Positions 1 through 13,088 of a stretch of 64,000 nucleotides of DNA are shown here, piece by piece. The notes beneath the pieces are model-generated. The model worked only from the letters and a program-made list of their open reading frames with translations. It was not told where the DNA came from and searched no databases. The stretch comes from Tubulanus polymorphus (lineage: Eukaryota > Animalia > Nemertea). Each line of letters opens with the position of its first letter. The stretch's first letter is position 1. The DNA is taken from NCBI RefSeq assembly GCF_964204645.1, contig NC_134025.1, forward strand, positions 22,114,299 to 22,178,298, read 5' to 3'. The position numbers and the translations under genes are program-made.

Positions 1-3000
1 TAATTATTGCGCGCGGAGGACGTTATTTGGAACTCAAATCGACTTTTCCGGTTGCAGTCACGATTATCGGTGTTTTCATGAGAAATATCGAAAAATGAAA
101 ACATTTAGGATTCTGTAGATTCGAAACAGTTTTACGACGTTAAGATATCTGTAACATGTTGGCTTTCGTGTCTTGAAATGAAAAAGCCCTTCAAATTCGT
201 GTGATGATGTTATGACAAATATTTTCTTACCTTTTACTGGTAGTTCCGGTTGCGGAGGGCACACGGCATGTGGATACGGCTGTCTCCTGGTACTGTTTCA
301 GCAGAGGCTACGCATTCCCATCGCGTGCTACCACACGAAAAAGCGAAAACACTTTGTTTTCAGCGAAATATTGATTAGGAGTCGGAGTATATCATAAGTA
401 TATTAAACTATTCACGCCAAAAGCATCGTTCCTCGATACCTTGTGCGATATTGCGTTTCGAACTAGACATCAACGAGCCATCCAAATAATGTAGTCCGCT
501 TGACTGATGCTACAACAAAAGCCAAATCTGTCGATTTTTTTATTTCATTTTAAAACCAATATAATAGCTACGTACCGTGAATACATAAAATCAACACGCT
601 CAGGGAAAGATGTAAGTTTAACTGTGTTTCAGGGTGAATGATTATTTCTATTCAGCTTGATCCGGTTTCCAGCTTTACAAGACTTTCTTTATAGATGGCG
701 CACTATTCTAAGATGGATGTGAAGAATTCCTGAACTTTCATTTGGAATGAAAAATCATTGTACTAATAGGGGGCATTAGATACACTCACTCAGAATTATC
801 TTCACTGGTTGAAAATCATAAAATGTGATAGAATCATAACTATAACTCGAAGGGGATTGATTTAGGATAGATCGATTCTCGATACTTGTTGGAATTAGAA
901 GTTCAATCTATTTCGACATCCTGTTGGCAGTGTAGGGATCCCGAGCCGGTGTACAATATTTGTTTATTAGTCTGCCTCAAGTCCGCGATTTTAACGGGAG
1001 CAAAAATATCAGCTTAGAACTCAATGGAGCTAGATCCCTGAAAACCATCAGCTGCATGAAATACAACGGTTTTTTGACGCCGCAAAAAAACGGTTTACAA
1101 TGATGTTTCACACATCGATAACTACTACAAAGCGCCGTTGAGTCGATGTGCACTACGCCATCAACATTGCGTTTCAAAATACCAATAAAACTTGTGGATT
1201 TCGGCGTTAATTTTGTGATTAGATATATTTCACAACTCTTATTTTCTATTCTAATAAATGTTCATGTCTTGTCAATAATTAATTTTGAGCGCTATGTCAT
1301 ACGCCACATCGGGGATAGACTGGTTGCCGGCCAATTCAATTGTCGTTAGACCTATATTCAAATTCAAAATAACTTTATTGATATTTAATAATATGTCATA
1401 TTATTCATTGAAGATGATATAAAGCAACATATATGCGTTATTTTCCTTCAAGGCGTCAATAAATTTTTAAGTTAGTTTTCTTGTAACACTTATACGTGTA
1501 TACCATACCATCATAGATACATGTATTTTTGCATACACATTCATTGATATACATGTATTTGTTTGTTCGCGGTGTAGGTTATCTGGTAGATACTAAACAA
1601 ATCTTGACGATCTGGCACCGAACTGTCATACAAAATATTCCTTATCAATCGAGATAATAATTCTAGCATATGCCTATAGCCGAATGAAGTTAAAGAACTG
1701 TCTTGTTTCAAGAAAGTGGAAATACTCGAGTCTGGTTGTAAACTAGCGAGGATTGAGTACCACTTATACTTTCAATAACAACACGTACTTCAAGAAATAC
1801 TTCAATTCCCACTCAACAAAGTCATCGTGCTAATAACTTTTCCCCTATATGTGGCAGCGACTGTAAAATGGCCCGGCGTGCCATCGATATATTTATTGTT
1901 AACTACTCTACCATTCGACCATTTTTTCCACACAAAATCAAGATACTTTAACGAGTTGCATTGCATGAATATACAGTTTTTGGTGTCACAGATTTCACAT
2001 TTCGCATTTAGGATAATCAAAATATTATGAATATACAATTATAGAATAATAATGATATTACGAATGCCGTAAGTCACTTGGGGTGAAATCAGAACAAATA
2101 TGGGCAGTAAATATGGCGATGGTCGATAGACACGATAGTCACAAAGAAGATATTCTACGCTAAACAACGTGAAATCTTGTAGCTGAGAGATTAATGTGCT
2201 TATTCAGTTTCATCGGCCATTAAAAGCCACATAAAATGGGGCTTAATAGGACGACCGATTTGAATGTTCAGTTCGGGTCTGTGTCACAAATATAATACAA
2301 GTAATTGAATCGGGAATTTATTTGAAGTGGAATATTTGTCGGAACGTCTTATTTACGATTCATATAGAACGGATACCAATTTACTTATTGGAATATACAC
2401 GAGTTGACGATCATAATGCATAAGGTCAAAAAATGTGTATTCTGTGTTTTACGGATTTGTCAAGGCGTCAGAACGTTCCTAATGAATAATACGCCATGAG
2501 CCTATATCGGAAATCGCCGCAATATTCATAACCTACGCCACTCCCGTGTTATGTTCAATTATGACATTGCAGTTCTGATTAGGCACTTAACAAACGGAAA
2601 CCATTATCGAAAATTTTCACTTTGTTGCAAGTACAAGTGAAAAACATGTTTATTGTAAGTAAAAAACCGAAGCCGTTTGAGTCGTCTGCAATCAAATGAA
2701 TTAGTCAGTAGTTTGTTGATTGAAAGCTTTATTCCGTGTGTGTCTAATTTTCAAGAGTCATCAAGAGTCATCAATTCATATTACATGGAAACGAGCGATT
2801 TGAATTTTACGTTTATTAATGGCTTTCTGTAGAATCATTTTCTAATTTCCTTCAAACAATAACTCAGCGGCGCATCGCGATTAACTGAATTTATGCGAGG
2901 AAAGATCACTTCTCGTCTGCGCGGAGTAAGACGAATCTATCATCGAGAAATAAAATCCACTCATGCGAAAAAAGTCGAAATTTCGAGATATCAAATAAAA

Positions 3001-6000
3001 CATATATTCTTAAGAACAGTAATGTAGGCGGTTCTGATAAATCAGTCGGGCTCGATATCAAGCCAGCTTTAATGCAAAGGTCGATAACCACAGATTTGGT
3101 TCTTGGAAAAAGGTTGATTCTTGTGGATCTCCAACATAAAAAATATATACAAAAAATTGTCTAAGTTATCGTCTGGTCTATAAGCAAGAAGATAAAAGTT
3201 TATATACGATATTCTGATTAAGCTAAACTGACCACTAATATGAACTATTTCGCTTGATCAACGTACACACCTCGTAAAATCACCGGAAGTTCTACTAAAG
3301 GACTTTAGGAGAAATCAACTTGATACAAAGTCTAAAATGATGGCACCTCAGAGCAGCTTCAGAGGGGAACCCGGTAAAAACGTCACTTATATACAAGTTA
3401 CTATATAGGGTTAGCCATGGCGGAAATAGATTCATCCACTCAACATGTAACCGTGGAGAAATTACCAGAACCAATATGGTCTCCTGTACTGTATTTCAAA
3501 AACTATTTGTGTTTATGTCGCTTTTCACAATTGTATCATACACGAAAAATACTTCATTCATGCCCGCATTTATAGTTATTTCGGCGAAGACATCAATCCA
3601 TTACGTTTCAAGGAATGAATCTTAAGTTTCAATGGATGCCATCAACAGATTTGTCGATGGGAGCGAAGCTCTTCATTTATTCGCAAAGCGACGTCAATGA
3701 CGTACGGCCCATCTGCCAAAAATCATTCTCAATTAATAAATAAGCAAAGTCGTTAAACTGAACGCTACTGTTTGCCTTTCAACACCAGCTGAAAGGAACA
3801 CCGTAAAATTTGCATTAAAATCAACACGACTTGATTATAAATTTTGACGTTTTCTTAATTGATATGCATTAATATGATAAAAAGATAATAAAAAATTGCA
3901 AATGAGTTAAGACATGAATAAGCCAGTTGCAAACTCTCGGCGCCAGTGGTTGGACAATCAACCACGCGTCAACGGGCTAAGACGAAACCACGGTTGTCTG
4001 TATTGTGACTTAATCGACATCCGACAAAGAGCCAAGACTGCGCTTATTTTCTTCGTGTTTGCCCAAAGTCTTAGCCGTGTTGACTCAGACAGAGTGGCGC
4101 ACATAGCCCTCAAAAGACCACACTTGCACCCGACAATATATTCGACAATAACCCATTTAGTTTCCAGAAATCGACTCTCCTTCGTTCGCTTTTTTTCTAG
4201 TCTCAATTCATTAAATTCACGGTTCTAACAACGGGAGACATTGTTTGCACTTTGCTAGAAATTGATAGCGAATTTTCGTTTTTTTGACATGTTCTCTCTC
4301 CTTATTGCAATAGTAGTCGTAATTGAATACCGTACGGCAAAATATACCGCCTTTGATGTGATTTAGTGAAATGCCCCGCTGTACCGATAAGCGGGGATAA
4401 AACAAAATGGAACATGAAATCGCTAGATAAGTCGAAAGTAATCAAGATCTAGCGCAAATTTTAGATTTACTCAAATCCAAATCCTATGTTCATTTGCATG
4501 AAGTTATCACCCTGGAAGCATAAGACTGGCACAGTTTCTCAACTTGAATCCTTGAACAGTTTCCTCCAAGAGTACAACCCCGACATGTCTATTCCTCATA
4601 GTGTCAGAGATGAGTAAGCCCCAGCGTGAAACCGATTTGTTGGATTGGGCTTTGAATCAAAATGAACAAAGCGGTCTTATCTTCTCTAGTACCTACTGGG
4701 ACCAGTATCTGGAAGACTTACTGTTCCCATGGTTTGGTCGTTCGACAGGTGAAGTCCGGAGATGTTGTATTAATATGGTCTTGTTGCTAGGATCACTCAA
4801 TGCGACACGTCAATTGAGCTGATTGAGCCGTCCTAAGTACGCACCAGTTTCCTATCGGTTCTGGAGTTATCAATCATGACTGCCCTGACAGAATCTTAGT
4901 GATCAATCAATAAATGTCAGGTGGGATTTTGAATAAGATTTTACAGCATCGTGATTTTGGACACAGAAACTTGCGCCTTCTCGAAAACGTGTCCCCTCAT
5001 GTTGGGATCCAAATTTTTTCTCAAGGGAAATGCGCTATGGGCGCTATACACGTCATCGTATATGTACGTTCATGAGAATTTGTCACTTCTTTCCGGTGCA
5101 ACTAATTCGCTTTGTCAGTATGATGATCACTTTTCGGAAAAACTTTCTTTTCGTTTGCTGATGCGTTCTTTATTCGCAAGTTGATATTCGCAGACACGAA
5201 TGCTGTTCGTATCGAGCGCGCGCTAGCCGGAAGTTGTTCAATTGAAAGTCTGACTTGCTCCTCAAATTAACCAATTACGGCAGCTCATAATTCAAACGGC
5301 TCTTTATACGAAATGATGAAATAACTACAGCCCTCTTGCCAACAAAGCCTCCCCTCGCAGAAATAAACAGTTTAATGGTTTGGCTTGATTACACCTATCG
5401 CCAGTAATACGGATAAAAAAGGCAGCGTTAACGACATAATCTGACGTTTGCTATTACTCCATTAACGTGAAATCAACGTTTAATTCGATAAAAGCACACC
5501 ATGATTAACGTGACGATTGTCGCCACGACGTTTCATCGGGCAACGCAGTCATAAACTAATTTATAAATATTGCTACTATCCGATAACAAGCATCAGGACT
5601 CTTTGTTAACTAAATGTCACTTCCGGTGCGACTGGTTACGTCGGGACCGGTTCTGTTGGCGAAATTTCACGGATCATTAAATCGACGATCGCGTCTGAGT
5701 AGATTCAGTAACGCCACGTTTGACGGACTAAAACGAAAACAATGTTTCCATTAACGTGTCAATAAACGTACATGGCTCTTAGGTATATGCCTTCTCGGTA
5801 GATCTTATGCGCGAAGTCGTATCCTGTATTTATTATCCGAGTAGAAGAATAAGATGGGAAGTCGAACATTCTCTCGTTGTCAAAAGCTCGACCCACGAAA
5901 AGTTTTCGTTGACGGAAAAACGTCTACCGATTAGGGTGGAAATATAATTTGGTAAACCTTGTGCTTATAAGAGTAAAAATTGCCCAAATCATTGCGCTGG

Positions 6001-9000
6001 GATTGAAAACTAAGAGATAAGTAGTTCAGATAGTTCGCTATATGCGAATTCTGTTTTACGCTCAAATTTTGAGTTAGGGTTAAGTTCGGCAAGCGTATTT
6101 GTTAATCAATTCATTGTAGATTGATTTAGCCCCCACGTTTAAGTTAAAACCAGTCTATAAAATCGAAGCCAGATGCTTTTACTGATATCGACAAGGAAAA
6201 AAAGTGCGTAATATCATTTTCTTGATCGCCCGTTAAGGTATGCAGTGTCACGCTGCCTAATTTGTAACCATATACCCTCTGAATACGGGTAACATGTATT
6301 TAATAGATTCAACGAGCCGGAAGTGATTCAACCTTTGTCGGCGTGAATTCAGTTGACTGAAAGCTAATTTATCCAGTGTAGATCGACGATAGCACTAACT
6401 CATAGAAAACCCGCAATTTTCCACCAAGTCAACCTTTTGTGAAATGTGTCACGTATTTAGGGAAGAATGTCTTATGTTGACGAATTATCATAATAAAGAA
6501 GTTAGCTGTTGAATGGTTTTTATTGTGAGCTCCCGCGTTGATTCACGACGGCATCGCCAAACGACAACAAAAACTAGTGTTTGGCCTGTAATCTATACCC
6601 TTATCTTAAATATTTTCACTCGGGTTTTCAATTTCCCGGAACGGAGAGTACACGTTTTAAAAATCACTTGTTCTTATAACTATCAACTTCTCAGATAGGA
6701 ATGCGTGGAGAATAATGATAATGGTTCAGATTTCGTAAAAAGTTGTTCTAGCGGCCCTGTTCGAGTGAACGCTGTTTTCCATGACATCGGACAATGCAAT
6801 CACATATTTCTGTTAATTACAAAAAGCACATATTTTTTTCTATCGAGAGAATGTTTACGCGTGCCAATCACGAATGCAATTTTCCATGCAAAGTCACTTT
6901 CCAGCGCGCCAAATAATCAAATCATTTGATGGATATGGACTTTGGGGTGGCAGTTGATGGCGGATTTATCGCTGGTAGTCTGTGTGATGACATTAATAAT
7001 CAGTTGAATGTCGGGGTGCCGAGTTCATCCCATCTCACTTAATTTCACAGCGCTTTCAGAATCAAGTGTAACTGCTTCAGCGCGCCAACAAACCTGACAA
7101 CTGGCTAATAAACGCCAAATTATACATTTTGATACTGCAAACTAAACTGCCGTAAACGGACGGAAGTCATGTCGTTAAGCTTTCTAACCATTATGTTATG
7201 TGCAGTAAATCTATTAGTTTGTGACATGCAACTGCTCTCGAATCAAGCATCTTTATTATCAAAGCTATCATCCCGATACTGATTTATAGAGGCAGTTTCT
7301 ATGGTAACGAGTATATTGTATCTATATAGTTTTCCTGTAATAATTAGCCGACCCCCGAGTTTTCATCTTTATTATATGAGGCTTTTATCTGTAATTTGCG
7401 GATACAAGCGAAGCATAGACGAATTCATTATTTTCTAGTTCGTTTGGCACCAACGACTGGTGAGTACCTATAACACTTTTTTTCGCAAGCGTGTTTTTGC
7501 GTGTACTGATAGACCCGCTTAAACAATACGAATGAAATATATATGTAAGCAGTGCGAAACTTTGTCTTAATCCCGCAATCTGCTTCAGTCATTACGAGCG
7601 GCTTCGATGAATAAGCGAAAGCAAAGCGGCTATCACCAGGAACTTTGGATTGACAAGAAAAGTGACGTAAAGTGATGGTTAAGGCGAAGTGTTTTCTTGT
7701 GCATTGTGCATTGGGATTGTGAATTCAATATCTTGTTGCTACACTTAACGATATGCTTAAAAGCTCAGGGCCGATTTAGGGGGGGGGGGGTGGTCTCGCT
7801 AGCTTCCCATTGAGATTACCTTTTTCGTAAAGTCGAAGATCTAAAAACCTGCAAATTTGACAGTCGTCCTTTCGGAAAGTGCATATATCTTTCTGTTTTT
7901 TCCCTGCAAAAAGCATCTAATTACGAGGATGGGACATCGACAGTAGCCTATGAAATGGTTGCTTCCATCTGAAAAATGCCTTTTCTTTTCTTCTGGATCC
8001 CGGCCTCTCAAATTTCCTAGATCCAGCCTGAAGCTGACATGCGTCCTACAAACTATCGTGCTGATGACGAAATATAACGATAGTCGTCATCTGGGGGATA
8101 ATCTATTTCGGAAAATTATCTTCGCGGTGAAAATGATTAAAGGCGGAGGTAAAAGCCGCGCTGAGCGCACAGCGCATCGCGGTAATGTTTATTCGGTGTG
8201 ACTGGTCACTTAACAGCATCGTTACATCTCTACAATATTAACGGTCGTTTCCGCCGCATGATCAACATGCACAAACACCACTGAAAACGATAAATAAACC
8301 TTAATACCGACAACCTGTCCAATATAGGACCTACCACCGGAAAGTGACCTGGCGCACTAAGTACCGAGACTTTCGGAAATTACACCTTTTTAGAATTTCA
8401 AATATGGGCGAATAAGCAATGTTAAGTATGGTTTTCTGGCTGTAATGCGATAGTTTGCCGATTAGCTGTTCCTGGTGAAATAAAATCTTTCCGAATCGTC
8501 GCCATCAAACTTCCATTGTGGATAATGCTGTAAATGCTGTCAAGAAGAAAGACGAGGTTTGTCGCAGATGGGTTCCCCGGAGCATTTTGTCCGTGGGGAT
8601 AATAAATACGAATTTCCATTTGGAAAGAAAATGAATGTATAGGTTATCGCATTAAACCGCATTGCTTGTAGTGAAGTCGCAGTGCTCAATCGGTTATACT
8701 CGAATAACAGTGTACCCTTCAGGTGCAATGAATATATTGTCAAGACGAACGTACATCGATACTCGACTAGATTACATTACCAGAAATAATAAAACGCGCT
8801 TACTAAATTGCTGTCAATTCCCGTGCGCGCAGAAAATGAACATTTTCTCAATAAATTGTGATCAGAAATTCTGTCATTGTTGGCTTTTTCTATCAACATC
8901 GTGACAAGCGTAAATTGATGCATACGAGAGGTCGCAAAAACCGGAAGTCGCCAGGATCAGTCATACGGAGTGCAGTAGATATACCACCCGTGAAGGTGTC

Positions 9001-11857
9001 GGGTATTGGAACCCAATCCAGTTAACTCTACCATCTCATTGCTCCGGAACTGAAGTAAAACACCTCGCAAACACACGCTGACAATGGCCATTCTTCATTC
9101 TGCAACTTCCGAAACAAAAATTGATTTCTGCATAGATTTTGACAGGATTTCATTGAAGTCGACGAACGCGTAATCTTCACGTTGTTAATGAGACGCAGTA
9201 GTACGTCAATGGAACTATTGTTTAGCGTTTACGTTCGACGTTCAATCCCCTTCAGCGTGCATTAAACCGGTAACAAACCTAAATTGTCGTTCTTGATGGG
9301 AAAACGAAAACGCCAAGAAACGAACGCAGCGCGCGGCGTCGATGCCGCGTGGTATAAACTAAACAATTCAGATCCGCGCGAAAAACAATCTTTCAACTTT
9401 AGTATGCCGCTGTTTTAATGTTCTTTTGATCAATAAGATGCTTTCGCGGCATAAATAGGTGATAGTGAGAATGCCGAAGTGTGAATAGTTCTTATCACTA
9501 GGTGGTAAAGTGGCCATCGATTGGGAGCTCCGCCATTGGCGTGCTAACATAGACCAGCTGCATTTTATAGGAATTACTGTTTCCTTCCATTGCATGCAAA
9601 ATATTGTATCAATGATTCTTACAAAAAGTCCATAGTTTTTTTTTTATGAAACGAATTCAGATTTTTGTTTTTCTCGAAATTCTGTTAGGATGCCATCTTT
9701 GTCGCTATTCGATCGTTGGTAAGTACCTTTACACGCCAGTCGTTCCGAGAATAATTAGTTAATGCTGCAATGAAGTGAAGTCATGTACAGTAATTGCGAT
9801 TTTAAGTGCCCCGCTTTATTCGACGTCAGATACCTCCTTAAATAGTAATCAATTGAAGTCTGAGTATTTGCAGGGTGTTTGAACGGATCGACTGGTCGTT
9901 TATTTCGCCGATATACCCCGTCATCAGTATTACTCTAACGTATAATCATCCTATCCCCTTTTAAGAGACTAGATTTACTGCCGAATCAAATGTATGCGCT
10001 GTACAGGATTTCTGTTGTTGTTAAGGGATAACACAAAAGAAAATTCCATCTTTCTTCTTGATTCAGTGTGCGTCCATAGTACGACGTGCGCGTGCAACGT
10101 ACGTAGAAAATGGGTTTCGTTTCGATGTCTTTTTTGTCGACACAAAACGAGCATATTATTCTGAAACGATTTCTACGACGATATCTGTGTCACAGAAACC
10201 CTTCAATTATGACACCTTATTCAATAGTGGACAGGAATGCACCCTTGTGAGGGTATTCTAGCGGTGATAATCGCGCAATACCTGCTATTTAGCGTGTCGT
10301 ATACACGCGGTATACAACGACTTTACAACTCTCAACTGAGAAAGCCACAGAAAGACAATTTCCAATCAATGCCGATTGTTTCAACCGGTTTAAAGAAAGC
10401 ATCACAGAAGATGAAGACTTATCGAACACGTCTCATATTCCGTGTATTGGTGCGATTACAAATTATGGATCGGTTCCGTGCTTTAAATGGACTGCTTTAC
10501 GCGCCAGTGGTTTAGAATGTCTCGTCAACGATTTATAAATGTAAAACTCGACTTCGTTCTGATCAGGGATCAGCGAATCTCTATTTACATTCATTAAGCT
10601 TATTAGCTGCGAAATTCTGAGCCAATATCAAACTGAAAAAGCTGCGCTTCCTGCTCCCAGTACTCGTTAAATAATATCAACTTTAAAGTAAATTCGGCCT
10701 TTCATAAATCCCCTCGCAGTAAAAGTGTTCATTTCCGGTTAGTCGGGTATCTCCACCGGTCGCTATTGAATGCATCGCTGCCTAAAATAATAAGTCATAA
10801 ACGTTCTTTATGTTCGCAGTTAACTGGATGTTCGATATTGGATTGATGTTTGCACAACGAGAGGGTCATTTTATGCATCCAATAGTTTTCGGGCAATAAA
10901 AGAAGTGTTGTTACAGTTTTGTTATTCGTTGTTGTAGCAAACTTGTGTTCATGCGAGTAATTCCATAAAATAGGGAATGTATCTGTTTTTGCGGTTTACA
11001 CGTGGCGGTGATGTTACGACGGCAATCAATGGACCAATAAGGAATAAGATGAGTCCTCGATATCTTAAAGTGCTCTTCCTCCATATAGATAATGAAAACC
11101 TTCCTAGAAATACGTAATTCAGTCATATTTTCATGGGGTTATCGCTTGGAAAGACGCGTACGCGTTTGAGAGCCGTACAAATATGCTAGACTCGTTTTTG
11201 ATTAAGCCACATTTCCTAAAACATCAAGTGCTCTCCAAATTTTGAAGAGCTAACAAGGCTTTTGATTAATCCCGAAATCAACGGGATGTCGATTTCTTTG
11301 GGATATGTTTACTTTCAAACAACACACCGTCGTGTCAGTTATTGATACCCGGTCTGAGCACGCTGGAACTCAACGACGGTTAAGCATTGTCACGCGGATG
11401 CCCCCTTTTCTACTATGTAATTGAATTTATATTAGATGGTATTGTTCGGGGATAATCTGCCGTCGAAGTGATGCCCAAGTGCGAACCGAACTAAGCCGAT
11501 AAGAAGCCCTCGGTCCACCCATCAATTCTTTAGTGCCATATTAACACGTTACAGCCAATGAGTCGCCGCTGATCCGGCACCAGTCAACAGTTAATCTTGT
11601 AATAAATCAAACTTCTGGCAAATTCTAACGTTTTCGATCATCTCAAATACTTTCCACAATATCATAATAAACAGTGTATCCTTTTATGCCGCACACTGGG
11701 CGGGGCTGTCACCGAGACGACAATGGTAAAATCGGAAATTGGAACCATTCTTTTTAAATTTGGAATCGACAATAGAACCATGAGACAATAAAAGGTTTGT
11801 TTCGGCAGACGAACTTCTAAGGGATAAAACAATTCATTTTACAACAACAGTAATAGA

Positions 11858-11863
11858 TTTATT
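11858..11863 (-). terminator. Likely polyadenylation signal of NK2.2
   Basis: AATAAA on the minus strand about 460 nt after the stop codon, followed by a TGTTGT-rich downstream element. Confidence 0.55.
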
Positions 11864-12321
11864 TCATTCGATAAATGTGACTGACTCTCGGTGATAAATA
11901 TACATAAATGCTAGCGCACCATTTTATCTTTTTGTACACTATAAAACTATATATTTACACAGAGCCTCTTGCTAACATATTTTCCTTATTTCGGTAAATC
12001 TATTAATTGATGATTGCTGCTCGAGGAAACTGATTCAACCGTGTTGGAATAATATGGAAAAAGATCTCGCGGATCTTGCAAATGCTGTGGTTCTAAACCG
12101 TATCGGGAATTTCCTCTACGCACATGCAAAACGACGTCATCAACTCTAATGTTTTGTCCAATTCGAATTCATCGGTAAACAAAACATGACGTAGGAGTAT
12201 TTACAAAATTATGGGGAATTGATGAATGATAAATGAATGTTCGGCAAATATGTACCAAACTATATGCAATGTTCGAACAAAAACGTCTAACGTAAATATA
12301 CACATATCGTCTCGTTTAACG

Positions 12322-13088
12322 TTACCACCATCGAGTTTGTGGTTGCATCAACGGATGATTATAAGACGGTAGCACATTTATATTACTCATATTCATACCC
12401 ATAGTGTTCATGCCGCTCATGCTGTACGATGCCGAGTTCATGTTCATGCTCATACTCGCGTTTAGAGACGACGTCACGCCCATCGTGTTCATACCCGGCA
12501 TACCGTTCATTGCTAAGTTCGTCTGCATCGCGAGTTCGGCGGGTTGTTTCATTAAACTACTGTTCATGGAAGGTTGGCACGGTTTGCCGTCTCGCACTAA
12601 TACGGGCACGGCAACGCGTCTCGGAGATGGCATCGGGTTCATGTCCAATCCTTTCTCTTGTCGCGCGCGTTTCATCTTATACCTGTGATTCTGAAACCAG
12701 ATTTTCACTTGGGTCGGGGTCAGTCGGATAATGCTGGCCAAATGTTCGCGCTCTGGGGCGGAAAGATAGCGTTGCTGGCGGAAGCGGCGTTCCAGCTCGT
12801 AGGTTTGCGCTTTTGTAAACAGAACGCGGCGTTTTCGCTTCTTCGGCGTTTCGTTCGAGCCCGTTCCGTCGTCTTTCTTATCCACGCTATCGTCGTCGTC
12901 GTCTAGATCGTCTTCGCTTTTGTCGTCGCAATTGTTGTTATCGTGATTATCTGGCATGTGCAGCTCAGTGTGTCCCGGTGTTGGGCTTTGTGGTGTTTTT
13001 GGGCAAGGCGGAGGAGAGCTGATCCCGTTGTTACAAGTCGGTGTGCTCGACGCGGCACTCGATGATGGCGACGCTAGCTGTACCAATC
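12322..13088 (-). CDS. NKX2-2: NK2.2 terminal exon (homeobox about 12840-12661, NK2-SD, Met/Asn-rich tail)
   Basis: 254-aa ORF in the track; acceptor TCTCTTCTTCATTGTAG ends at 13089; TAA stop at 12324-12322. Confidence 0.96.
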
